DNA from: an uncultured bacterium
GTDB lineage: Bacteria; Eisenbacteria; RBG-16-71-46; JABDJR01; JAWXBZ01
DNA length: 64,000 nt
Direction: 5' to 3'
Assembly (NCBI GenBank): GCA_964596775.1
Contig: CAZQVN010000004.1
Coordinates: 29,638 to 93,637 of the forward strand
Positions 18,476 through 26,946 of the stretch are shown piece by piece. Made by a program: the position numbers and the translations under genes. Position 1 is the first letter of the stretch, and each line of letters begins with the position of its first letter. The notes below the pieces were generated by a model, which saw only the letters and a program-made list of their open reading frames with translations, did not search any database and was not told the DNA's origin.

Positions 18476-21370
18476 CTACGGCCGGGAGCGAACGCCCGCG
18501 AGCTCGTTCCTGACTTCCGCGGTCCGCTCGTCGTCCTCTCCCAGCTGTTCCCGCCGGATGTTCAGGGCTTCGGTGAGATAGGGCTCGATGCCGGCACGGC
18601 GGTGGCCCGCCGCGCGTCCCTGCTTCGCGCGCTCGAGGAGCGCGGACGCGAGCACGACGGTCGTTTCCGGCAGACCGCGACGCGCTTCCTCGATGGCGCC
18701 GTCGAGGACGGCCAGGGCTTCCGTCCGTCTCCCCGCCGCCGCCTGGATCGCGGCGATCCGGACCCGCGTCTCCACCACGAGCGAATTTTCGGCGCCCAGC
18801 GCGTCGTGGCGGAGTTTCCAGGCCTCGAGGGCCGCCTTCTCCGCATCTCCGTACCGTCCGCTTTCGAAGCAGAGATCGGCGAATCCGAAAACGGGGTGCG
18901 ACACGTACACGCTTCCGGTGCCGAAGCACTCCCGCGCCACGGCGATGGCCTCGACATACAGCGATTCCGATTCCGCGTAGCGCTTCTGACGGAGAAGGTT
19001 GCGCGCGAGGTTGCTGAGCGGCGCGGCGACCATCGGATGGCGTTCCCCCAGCGCTTTCCGGATGAGCGCGACCGAGCGTTCCAGCAGTTCCCCCGCCGCC
19101 GGGATGTCCCCCTGCTTCGTCTTCACGACCGAGAGATTGCTGTAGTAGTGCCCGACCTTCCAGTGATCCGGCCCGAGGTGGCGCTCCAGCATGTCGACGG
19201 CTTCACGGAGATACCCCTCGGCTTCATCGAGCCGCTCGCGGCCCGAGGCTTCCGACACATCGGACTGCATCAGCGGGCCCGCCAGGTCGGACAGGGCCAT
19301 GGCCAGCTGCGGGTGCCCCTCTACCCCGTACTCCTGCCGCAGTACGCTGACCGACTCGCGCAGCATCTGTTCGGCCTCTTCCTTCCTGTCGAGCTTGCCG
19401 AGTATGGACCCCAGCGTTCCCAGCGCGACGGACAGCGGGACCCCGTCGACGCCGGCCGCGCGATAGGCCTCCACGGCCGCGCGCTGCTCGGGCTCCGCCG
19501 CCTCGGGCCTCCCCAGGGCCGCCAGCAGTTCAGCCAGCCCCTCGTGATAGGGAGCAACGAGCTCCCCCCTGTTCGGCCAGGCGCGCTCGGCCGCCCGCAG
19601 CACGTCACGATAGACCGCTTCCGCCTCCTCCAGGCGGCCGAGGTTCTGCAGGGCCACGGCCACTTTCTTCGCGGCGAGCAGGGCGCCGGGAGAGGACGGA
19701 CCGAAACGGCGCCGGGCCAGCGCCTCCGCTTCCGTGTAGAGTTCCAGGGCCCGCTCATTTTCGCTCAGCGCGAGGACGCAGTCGCCCAGGCGCAGAAGAG
19801 CCTCGTGAAGGCTCGCCGGATCGTCGAGTCGGCGCTGTTGCTCCAGCGCTTCCGACAGCGTGACCTTCGCCCGCTCGTACCGGGCCAGGCTCGTCAGGAC
19901 CGTGCCGAGGACGCGCGTCACCTCCGCCCGGATCTCCGGATCGTTCTCGAAGCGGCCGGCCACCCGTTGCGCTCCGCGCTCGACGAGGTCCACGGCCGTG
20001 AGGGTCTCTCCCGACTCGAAGGCCGGATCCACGGCCGAAAAGATCTCGATCAGGTAGTCCTTCACGGCCTGTGCCCGGTCCCGCTCGCGCGCCGCGATGC
20101 GGGCCTGCCACAGCACGCCCCCGATCCCGACGATCACCGCCAGCAGAACTCCGGCCGACGCGATCGTTCCGACCTTGTGGCGCCGGACGAATTTTCGCAC
20201 CCGGTAACCGGTGGTCGCGCGGCGCGCCAGCACGGGTATCGAGGTGCGGTACCGTTCGAGATCCTCCCTGAGTTCGCGCACGGACGAGTAGCGCTCCTCG
20301 GGGCTCTTGCGCAGCGCCTTGGAGATGATGTTGTCGAGGTCGCCCTTCAGCTGACCGCGCAGTTCGGAGGGCTGCAGGCCCCGCAGCCCGGCGATCTCGC
20401 CGGCCGTCCGGGTCGTGTCGTCCCGGCCGCTCATGGAACTCGGCTCCGGGGGGTCGTCCTCGGTGATCGCCCGCGCGATGTCGATCGACCGGCTCGTGTC
20501 CCCGTGCGGATGACGCCCGGCGAGCAGCACGTAAAGCAGCATCCCGAGCGAAAAGACGTCGGAGGCGGTGGACGTCCCCTCTCCCCGGATCTGTTCAGGA
20601 GCCGCGAACGCCGGCGTCAGGAATCCGCGGGTGGGTTGCGTCTCGTCCGTCGCCTCCGTGTCGAGGAGCTTCGCGATTCCGAAGTCGAGCAGTTTCACCG
20701 TGCCGTCCGAGGTGACGAACACGTTCCCGGGCTTGATGTCGCGATGGACGACGAGGTTGCGATGGGCGTACTCCACCGCCAGGCAGACGGACTCGAAGAG
20801 CTTCACGCGCTCCGGGAGCCCCAGCCGCCGCGCGTCGCACCAGTCGGTGATCCTTTCCCCTTCCACGTACTCCATGGCGAAGTACGGAGTGCCGTCGGCG
20901 GTCGCGCCGCCGTCATGGAGCGCGGCGATGTTCGGATGGCGCAGCGCCGCGAGGATCCGCCGCTCGCGACGGAAGCGCTCCACGATGTCGGCGCGGTCCA
21001 GGCCGCCGCGAAGAATCTTGAGCGCCACTCGCTGGTCGAAGTCGCCGTCGGCGCGTTCGGCCAGCAGGACCTCGCCCATGCCGCCCCGCCCGAGTTCACG
21101 CTCGACCCGGTAGGGTCCGATGCGCTGCCCGGGCGGCGTGAACACATCGGGCGGGCTGTCGAGAACATGGTCGGCCAGCGGAGCCACGCCGCGATCGAGG
21201 ATCCCGGCGGCGCTGTCCGTATCGGCGGCAAGGAGACGCTCCAGGTCCGGACGCAGTTCCGCGTCGTCCCCGGAGAGTTCCTCCATCCGGGCCTTGCGGT
21301 CCTCGGGGCCGAGTTCGAGCAGCTCGTCCAGGATCGCGTCGATGCGCTTCCAGCGCCGGGAGTCGGTCAC
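18476..21370 (-). CDS. Ser/Thr protein kinase with transmembrane segment and C-terminal TPR repeats
   Basis: Hanks kinase motifs are present (GRGGMGEV, ALKIL, HRDIKPGNVF, DFGIAK, TAS...DVFSLG). A TM helix (VGTIASAGVLLAVIVGIGGVLW) is followed by more than 10 TPR-like repeats. Confidence 0.85.
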   Translation of the reverse strand: MTDSRRWKRIDAILDELLELGPEDRKARMEELSGDDAELRPDLERLLAADTDSAAGILDRGVAPLADHVLDSPPDVFTPPGQRIGPYRVERELGRGGMGEVLLAERADGDFDQRVALKILRGGLDRADIVERFRRERRILAALRHPNIAALHDGGATADGTPYFAMEYVEGERITDWCDARRLGLPERVKLFESVCLAVEYAHRNLVVHRDIKPGNVFVTSDGTVKLLDFGIAKLLDTEATDETQPTRGFLTPAFAAPEQIRGEGTSTASDVFSLGMLLYVLLAGRHPHGDTSRSIDIARAITEDDPPEPSSMSGRDDTTRTAGEIAGLRGLQPSELRGQLKGDLDNIISKALRKSPEERYSSVRELREDLERYRTSIPVLARRATTGYRVRKFVRRHKVGTIASAGVLLAVIVGIGGVLWQARIAARERDRAQAVKDYLIEIFSAVDPAFESGETLTAVDLVERGAQRVAGRFENDPEIRAEVTRVLGTVLTSLARYERAKVTLSEALEQQRRLDDPASLHEALLRLGDCVLALSENERALELYTEAEALARRRFGPSSPGALLAAKKVAVALQNLGRLEEAEAVYRDVLRAAERAWPNRGELVAPYHEGLAELLAALGRPEAAEPEQRAAVEAYRAAGVDGVPLSVALGTLGSILGKLDRKEEAEQMLRESVSVLRQEYGVEGHPQLAMALSDLAGPLMQSDVSEASGRERLDEAEGYLREAVDMLERHLGPDHWKVGHYYSNLSVVKTKQGDIPAAGELLERSVALIRKALGERHPMVAAPLSNLARNLLRQKRYAESESLYVEAIAVARECFGTGSVYVSHPVFGFADLCFESGRYGDAEKAALEAWKLRHDALGAENSLVVETRVRIAAIQAAAGRRTEALAVLDGAIEEARRGLPETTVVLASALLERAKQGRAAGHRRAGIEPYLTEALNIRREQLGEDDERTAEVRNELAGVRSRP

Positions 21371-21538
21371 GGGTCACCTCGTTGGAGAAGCCATGAACAG
21401 GCTAGCACGGGGACCCGTCGGGAGCCATACGGGTTCCGGATCGGCGGCACCGCGGGCGACGGCGACCCGATGAACGCGGAGACCATCGCCGCCCGTCCCG
21501 GGTTCGTTCCGACGGCGCCGCAGTGATAGAATCTCCCC

Positions 21539-22096
21539 ATGGCGCACACGGAAGAGGTCCGCCGCCTCCTCGGCGACATCCGCAACGGCGAGTCGGGCGC
21601 GTGGGACCGCCTGCTCGACATCGTCCATCAGGACCTCCGCCGCATCGCCCGCAGCCACCTCCGCGGCCAGAAAACCGGAACGCTCGGCACGACGGTGATG
21701 GTCAATGAAGCCTACATCCGTCTCGCCGGTTCCGGCGGCGACTGGCAGGATCGCGTGCACTTCCTCGCGGTCGCTTCCCGGGCGATGCGCCAGATCCTCG
21801 TCAGCCACGCCCGGAAGAAACTGGCGCGGAAGCGCGGCGGCGGAGCCGGCGCCGTCGAACTCCAGAGCCATCATGCCCCGGAAGACCCGCAGACCCTCGA
21901 GGTGCTCGAACTGGACGAAGCGCTGACGCGGCTGGCGGAGATGGACGAACGGATGGCCCGCGTCGTGGAACTGCGCTTTTTCGGCGACCTCTCCATCGAA
22001 GAGACCGCGGAAATCCTCGGCGTCACGGACCGGACGGTCCGGAGGGACTGGAGAAAGGCGCGCCTGTTTCTTCATGATCAGCTCCGGGATCGATGA
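21539..22096 (+). CDS. ECF-type RNA polymerase sigma factor (sigma-70 region 2 and region 4)
   Basis: 185 aa with a region-2-like block (VHQDLRRIARSHL...NEAYIRL) and a region-4 HTH (EETAEILGVTDRTVRRDWRKAR). It is divergent from the kinase gene. Confidence 0.8.
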   Translation: MAHTEEVRRLLGDIRNGESGAWDRLLDIVHQDLRRIARSHLRGQKTGTLGTTVMVNEAYIRLAGSGGDWQDRVHFLAVASRAMRQILVSHARKKLARKRGGGAGAVELQSHHAPEDPQTLEVLELDEALTRLAEMDERMARVVELRFFGDLSIEETAEILGVTDRTVRRDWRKARLFLHDQLRDR

Positions 22097-22099
22097 TTC

Positions 22100-23566
22100 T
22101 CAACGCAGTCTGGTGACCCGGGCCACGGCCGTGCCCGACGGATCCTTTAGCCGCAGGAAGTAGATTCCCGCGGGCAGGTCCGCTCCGGACGCGCCGGCGC
22201 CGTCCCAGATCGTGGATCGGGCGCCGACCGGGGGTCGCAGCGAACGGAGCAGGCGGCCGCCGATGTCGTGCACGCCGATCCAAGCTCCCTCGGAAAACGG
22301 CCGCGTGGCCCGGATTTCCGTGGCTCCCCGGGTCACGCCGGGCCACGCCGTGATCATGAGGTCGCGCGCGGATTCGGAAACGGGAACGCTCGACGTCGGG
22401 GTGGGGACCCAGTCGGCAACCCATCGGGTGTGGAACAGCGGCTCATGAACTTCCACGCCCGTTGTGCCGACCAGGTCGAAGGACACGGTGAACCCGGTGG
22501 ACCACGCCGCCGGACTGAACGGCCCGCCCACGATGAGCGAGGTGAACTCGGCTCCCTGGACCGGATCCACGTCGAAAAGCATCTGCACGTTCGAAGTGCC
22601 CACGATGGTTCCGCCGCCGTTGCGCACGCGCACCGGAAACGTGAGCAGGAAACCGGTCGGATCCACCTGGACCGGATCGGGCGGGTAAACTTCCGGTATC
22701 AGTCCGCCCGCCGGCGCAAAATCCACCGAGAGCGTGAAGTACGTGTCCGCGAACACGCCCGATTCATCCCAGCGGAACGTCGTGACCCCCTGGTCGCCGG
22801 TGGCGCCCGCCTGCGCCTGCCAGGTCGCGTTCATCTCCACGGGGCCGCCCGACACCGCGCCCTGGACGACCGTGTCCGCCTTGTAGTGCCGCTGGACCGC
22901 GAGATCCCTCTGCGTGAAGCGCAACGGGGGGGAAGGGACCGGTGGAATCTGGGTCGCGGTGACGTTGCCGATGAAATCCACGTTCATGGAACCGACACGC
23001 CGGAAGCGGATCTCGGGCACGGTGTACCGGACCTCCGCCGACTTGAACCGGAACTCCAGTTTTTCCGCCTGTGCCGGATCGACGCTGTTCCAGTCGGAAA
23101 GATGGAACGTGAGAACCTCCGATGCGCCGGTCGTGGGCAGCGCAACTTCTTCGCTTCCCCCGCTGTCGGTGAGGATGGCCGTGATCTGGCCTCCCTGCGG
23201 ACTCTCGTCGACCACGACCTCGATCCGGTCGACGAGCCCGAAGAACGTCAGGTCCCTCGCGTAACCCCAGTCGTACTCCAGGGTCACGGTGGCCGCGCCC
23301 GCGGCATACACCTCGAGCGTCAGCGGATATCCCTGGTTCGTGTTGTTCGCTTTGCTCAGCGATCCGTTTCCATCCAGGATGACCCTGCGGTGGGGGGCGA
23401 TCGCATGCCCCGGGTACGCGGGGATCTCCACGTTGTGGACCTGTTGTCCGAAGGTGCTGAAGCTGAACCAGCCCCGCTGGAAGTCGTCGACCGGGTCCAG
23501 GGCGTGAGCGGGAAGGGCGGACAGAATCGTGATGACGAGAAACAAGCCGGTGGTCAGGCGGTTCAT
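22100..23566 (-). CDS. secreted hypothetical protein with C-terminal FlgD-Ig/T9SS-type sorting domain
   Basis: Signal peptide at internal Met (MNRLTTGLFLVITILSALPAHA) with GGGAGAG RBS upstream. C-terminus ...GVHDIGGRLLRSLRPPVGARSTIWDG...GIYFLRLKDPSGTAVARVTRLR. Confidence 0.65.
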   Translation of the reverse strand: MNRLTTGLFLVITILSALPAHALDPVDDFQRGWFSFSTFGQQVHNVEIPAYPGHAIAPHRRVILDGNGSLSKANNTNQGYPLTLEVYAAGAATVTLEYDWGYARDLTFFGLVDRIEVVVDESPQGGQITAILTDSGGSEEVALPTTGASEVLTFHLSDWNSVDPAQAEKLEFRFKSAEVRYTVPEIRFRRVGSMNVDFIGNVTATQIPPVPSPPLRFTQRDLAVQRHYKADTVVQGAVSGGPVEMNATWQAQAGATGDQGVTTFRWDESGVFADTYFTLSVDFAPAGGLIPEVYPPDPVQVDPTGFLLTFPVRVRNGGGTIVGTSNVQMLFDVDPVQGAEFTSLIVGGPFSPAAWSTGFTVSFDLVGTTGVEVHEPLFHTRWVADWVPTPTSSVPVSESARDLMITAWPGVTRGATEIRATRPFSEGAWIGVHDIGGRLLRSLRPPVGARSTIWDGAGASGADLPAGIYFLRLKDPSGTAVARVTRLR

Positions 23567-23647
23567 GGGCTCTCCCGGTGTGGGGTGGAGTCGTGTGATC
23601 TGACCCGGGAAACGCGAAAGGGAGGGAAAGGAGGACAGATTTTTCGG

Positions 23648-23765
23648 TTTTCGGCTCACGTGCTTCTGCGCTCCGGACGCCGTTCTCATCCTCGGGGGAC
23701 GCTTTTCGCTTTTCGGCTCACGTGCTTCTGCGGTCCGGACGCCGTTCTCCTCCTCGGGGGACGCT
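23648..23765. repeat. tandem direct duplication of a 56-bp unit (2 copies, 2 mismatches, 6-bp spacer)
   Basis: Copy 1 at 23648-23703 and copy 2 at 23710-23765: TTTTCGGCTCACGTGCTTCTGCG(C/G)TCCGGACGCCGTTCTC(A/C)TCCTCGGGGGACGCT. Each copy contains a CACGTG palindrome. It lies 80-200 bp upstream of the 22100..23566 gene start. Confidence 0.8.
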
Positions 23766-24041
23766 CCGTCTCGGCATCCCTGCCTCGACTCCGCTCGGCG
23801 CTCCGCACGGCTCCGCCATCCTGGCTCCGCCGGCTCCGCGACGCCCCCTCGGAGGAGAACGACGCCCGGACCGCTTGACGCGGCCTCGCTGTTGGGGGGG
23901 TCGGCGCCTGCGGTGGCGTGCCACCCCCCAATGAAACCCTTCAGGCCTCCGCGCGTATCCGGTGAGGGTTTTCATCCGGTTCCGGGCCGTCTATGATGCT
24001 TTCACATATATCGGATTCATTCACTGAAGGAAGGAGTTACC

Positions 24042-25028
24042 ATGTCCGGAGGTGGTTTCAAGGGTTTCGATGAGCCCCGGGTTCCGCGAGTTTCCGGCGC
24101 GCTGATCCGAACCCTGGTCATCGGAATCCTCGCCCTGTCGTTCGCCTTTTCCACATTTTATACGGTCGGTCCTGAGCAGCTCGGCATCGTGATGCGGTTC
24201 GGCAAGTACGTGCGCTCGACCGACCCAGGTCTGAACTTCAAGCTCCCCTTCAGCATCGAAACGGTGACGAAGGTCCCGGTGCAGCGCCAGCTCAAGGAGG
24301 AGTTCGGGTTCCGCACCGCGGAAGCCGGCGTCCGCACCCAGTACGCGCGCGGCAGCTTCGATGACGAATCGCAGATGCTCACGGGGGATCTCAATGCGGC
24401 CGAGGTGGAATGGGTCGTGCAGTTCCGCGTCGTGGATCCCTACAAGTACCTGTTCCGGGTCCGCAACGTGCGCGAGACGTTCCGGGCCATGAGCGAAGCC
24501 GGAATGCGCCGCGTCGTCGGCGACCGGACGGTGAACGAAGTGCTCACGGTCGGGCGCCAGGAGGTGGCCGACCTCGCCCAGCAGGAACTCCAGCTCCTCT
24601 GCGACCAGTACGACACCGGCATCAAGGTCGAGCAGGTCGTCCTCCAGGACGTGAACCCGCCGGACCAGGTGAAGCCGTCGTTCAACGAGGTCAACCAGGC
24701 CCAGCAGGAAAAGGAAAAGCTGATCAACCAGGCCCAGTCCGAGTACAACCGGGTCATCCCCCGTGCGCTCGGCGAGGCCCAGCAGACGATCCAGGAGGCC
24801 GAGGGGTACGCGCTCGACCGCGTCAACCGGGCCAGCGGCGACTCCGCGCGGTTCGTGGCGCTGTTCGACGCCTACAGAAAGGCGCCCGAGGTCACCCGGA
24901 AGCGGATCTACCTGGAAACGATGAACGAGGTGCTGCCGAAGGTCACCCGCAAGGTGATCGTGGACGACGGTATCAAGGGGATCCTGCCGCTCCTGAACCT
25001 GGACGGCACGGCGAAGGGAGGCAACTGA
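24042..25028 (+). CDS. hflK: FtsH protease modulator HflK (SPFH/band-7 family)
   Basis: N-terminal TM followed by an SPFH domain (GPEQLGIVMRFGKY..., DLNAAEVEWVVQFRV). RBS GGAAGGAG upstream. Stop overlaps the hflC start (TGATG). Confidence 0.85.
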   Translation: MSGGGFKGFDEPRVPRVSGALIRTLVIGILALSFAFSTFYTVGPEQLGIVMRFGKYVRSTDPGLNFKLPFSIETVTKVPVQRQLKEEFGFRTAEAGVRTQYARGSFDDESQMLTGDLNAAEVEWVVQFRVVDPYKYLFRVRNVRETFRAMSEAGMRRVVGDRTVNEVLTVGRQEVADLAQQELQLLCDQYDTGIKVEQVVLQDVNPPDQVKPSFNEVNQAQQEKEKLINQAQSEYNRVIPRALGEAQQTIQEAEGYALDRVNRASGDSARFVALFDAYRKAPEVTRKRIYLETMNEVLPKVTRKVIVDDGIKGILPLLNLDGTAKGGN

Positions 25029-25957
25029 TGCGCGCCGGAACGCTGATTCTCGCGGTGATCATCGCGCTCGTGGCCATGAACGCCGCCTATGTCGTCAACG
25101 AGTACGAGCAGGTCATCATCACGCAGTTCGGAAAGCCGATCGGCACCCCGATCTCCACGCCTGGGCTCAAGGTGAAAATGCCGTTCGTGCAGGTGGTCCA
25201 GCGGTTCGAAAAGCGCTTCCTCGAGTGGGACGGCGACTCGAACCAGCTCCCCACCCGCGACAAGCGCTTCATCTATGTCGACACGTACGCGCGGTGGCGG
25301 ATCTCCGATCCCCTGCTCTACTTCCAGCGCCTGCGCGACGAGCGCGGGGCGCAGACCCGGCTCGACGACATTCTCGACGGCGAAACGCGCAACTCCATCG
25401 CCAAGCACGACCTGGTGGAGCTGATCCGCTCGTCCAACCGCACGCCGGACCGGGGCGACGAGACGCTGGAGGAAACGGCGGTCCTCGACTCGATCGCGTT
25501 CGGCCGTGAAAAGATCCGCCGCGAGATCCTGGCCAACGCCCAGGCGCGCACCACGGACCTCGGCATCGAGATCCTCGACGTCCAGTTCAAGCGGATCAAC
25601 TACGTGGAGGAAGTGCGGGTCAAGGTGTACGAGCGGATGATCGCGGAACGGCAGCGCATCGCCGAGCGGTTCCGCTCGGAAGGCGAAGGCGAGGCGTCGC
25701 GGATCAACGGCGAGCGGGATCGCGAGCTGAAGCGGATCCAGTCCGAGGCCTACAGGACCGCGCGGGAGATCATAGGAGACGCGGACGCGCGCGCCACGAA
25801 CATCTTTGCGGCGGCCTACGACCGCTCTCCCGACTCGCGGACGTTCTACAGTTTCCTGAAGACGATGGAGACGTACCAGAACACGATCGACCCGGGAAGT
25901 CTCTTGATCTTGTCCACGGACACGGAGTTGTACGGAGGGATCAAGGGGAAGAAGTGA
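25028..25957 (+). CDS. hflC: FtsH protease modulator HflC (SPFH/band-7 family)
   Basis: MRAGTLILAVIIALVAMNAAYVVNEYEQVIITQFGKP... is typical HflC. It is in frame within the tool ORF 24410..25957, whose upstream extension is an artefact. Confidence 0.85.
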   Translation: MRAGTLILAVIIALVAMNAAYVVNEYEQVIITQFGKPIGTPISTPGLKVKMPFVQVVQRFEKRFLEWDGDSNQLPTRDKRFIYVDTYARWRISDPLLYFQRLRDERGAQTRLDDILDGETRNSIAKHDLVELIRSSNRTPDRGDETLEETAVLDSIAFGREKIRREILANAQARTTDLGIEILDVQFKRINYVEEVRVKVYERMIAERQRIAERFRSEGEGEASRINGERDRELKRIQSEAYRTAREIIGDADARATNIFAAAYDRSPDSRTFYSFLKTMETYQNTIDPGSLLILSTDTELYGGIKGKK

Positions 25958-26393
25958 TCGCCTTCCCCGTCTTCCTGTCGTAAGGCACGATCCGGTCCCA
26001 TTCCTCGGCGCTCGACCGCGCCACGATGGCCACCACGGGCTCGGTGTCGCTCATGTTGAACACTTCATGGGGGACACCGGGCTCGATGAAGATGAAATCG
26101 CCCGCCTGGTTTTCCACGACCTTCCGGCAGCGATCGCCGTACTCGTGACGAACCTTCCCCTCGAGGATGTAGAGCATCACCTCGAACTCCACATGGATAT
26201 GCGCCCCGGCCACGCCGCCCGGCGGGATCGTGGCCACGTTCATCGACAGTTCCTTCGAGCCGACGTTGCCGGCGTGCATGCCGGTCTTGTAGCGGATGCC
26301 GTTCCAGCCGCGGCAGGTGCCGCTCCCCCGGATGACGGCGATGCCGTCAAGGGCTTCCACGGGAGCCAGGGGTTCCTCGTTGTTGTCGGACAT
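25941..26393 (-). CDS. cupin-domain protein
   Basis: Two-His/one-Glu cupin motifs (GAHIHVEFEVMLYILEG...GDFIFIEPGVPHEV). It converges on hflC with a 17-nt overlap. Confidence 0.6.
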   Translation of the reverse strand: MSDNNEEPLAPVEALDGIAVIRGSGTCRGWNGIRYKTGMHAGNVGSKELSMNVATIPPGGVAGAHIHVEFEVMLYILEGKVRHEYGDRCRKVVENQAGDFIFIEPGVPHEVFNMSDTEPVVAIVARSSAEEWDRIVPYDRKTGKAITSSP

Positions 26394-26493
26394 GGTTTCC
26401 TCCGGATGGGGTGCCGTCGAGAACATGCAGCAGCCATTGTCCGCAAAATGCGGATTGAAGGCCAGTCCTCGCCGGGAACTCCCACGGTAGCCG

Positions 26494-26946
26494 TCAGCGG
26501 GCGACGACCCAGCGCCTCGTCTCGATGAGCCCGCGCGCCGTCTCGATCCTCACGAAGTAGACGCCCGAACGGCGGATCTCCGGCTCCCAGTTGATGGCAT
26601 GCGCTCCCTCCGGGTAGACCACCGGCGGCCGCTCCGCCACCAGGCGGCCGCTCGCGTCCGCCAGGCGCAGCGTGACCGCGTCCGGCGCCGACAGTGTGAA
26701 CGCCAGCGACATCGCCGCGCCGCCCCGCGCGGGATTCGGCCACGGCGCTCCGACTTTCCACTCCGGTGCGGTCGGATGCGGCACGCCGCTCACGACCGGG
26801 GTGTCGGTGTCCAGGGCCGTCAGGTGGAGCTGATTCATCGAGCCCTTCCACGTCCACACGACCCCGTCCGGGGAGGTCGCCACATGCCCCTCGCGCGTGG
26901 CGAGGATCAGCGTGCCGGAGTCCACCGCCATGGCCACCGTTCGACC
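26494..26946 (-). pseudogene. 5'-truncated remnant of a secreted protein: only the last beta-propeller-like segment and the FlgD-Ig/T9SS-type C-terminal domain remain
   Basis: The C-terminal signature is present (WPNPARGGAAMSLAFTLSAPDAVTLRLADASGRLV...GVYFVRIETARGLIETRRWVVAR). The reading frame opens immediately after a TGA at about 26947-26949. There is no signal peptide or N-terminal domain. Confidence 0.55.

Noticed and set aside
17934-18581. 215-aa plus-strand ORF overlapping the nucleotidyltransferase-like gene
   Set aside because: The translation has no motifs and a low-complexity tail, whereas the minus-strand reading gives a Pol-beta nucleotidyltransferase motif and a translationally coupled partner. 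The plus ORF was judged spurious, although the lower GC here makes frame statistics less decisive.
21371-21538. ECF-type GGAAC...CGTC autoregulatory promoter in the sigma/kinase divergent region
   Set aside because: Only loose matches were found (GGGTTCG / GTTCC without a properly spaced CGTC). A TGATAGAAT extended -10-like element is present but is mentioned only as a low-confidence sigma-70-type signal.
23648-23765. CRISPR-like appearance of the repeated units
   Set aside because: There are only two copies, they are directly adjacent (6-bp gap, no spacers), the unit is 56 bp rather than 24-48 bp, and no cas genes are present. It was called a tandem duplication instead.
24410-25027. N-terminal 206 aa of tool ORF 24410..25957, overlapping hflK in another frame
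   Set aside because: It is a Pro/Arg/Gly-rich artefact. The conserved HflC sequence begins at the internal ATG at 25028, which overlaps the hflK stop (TGATG).
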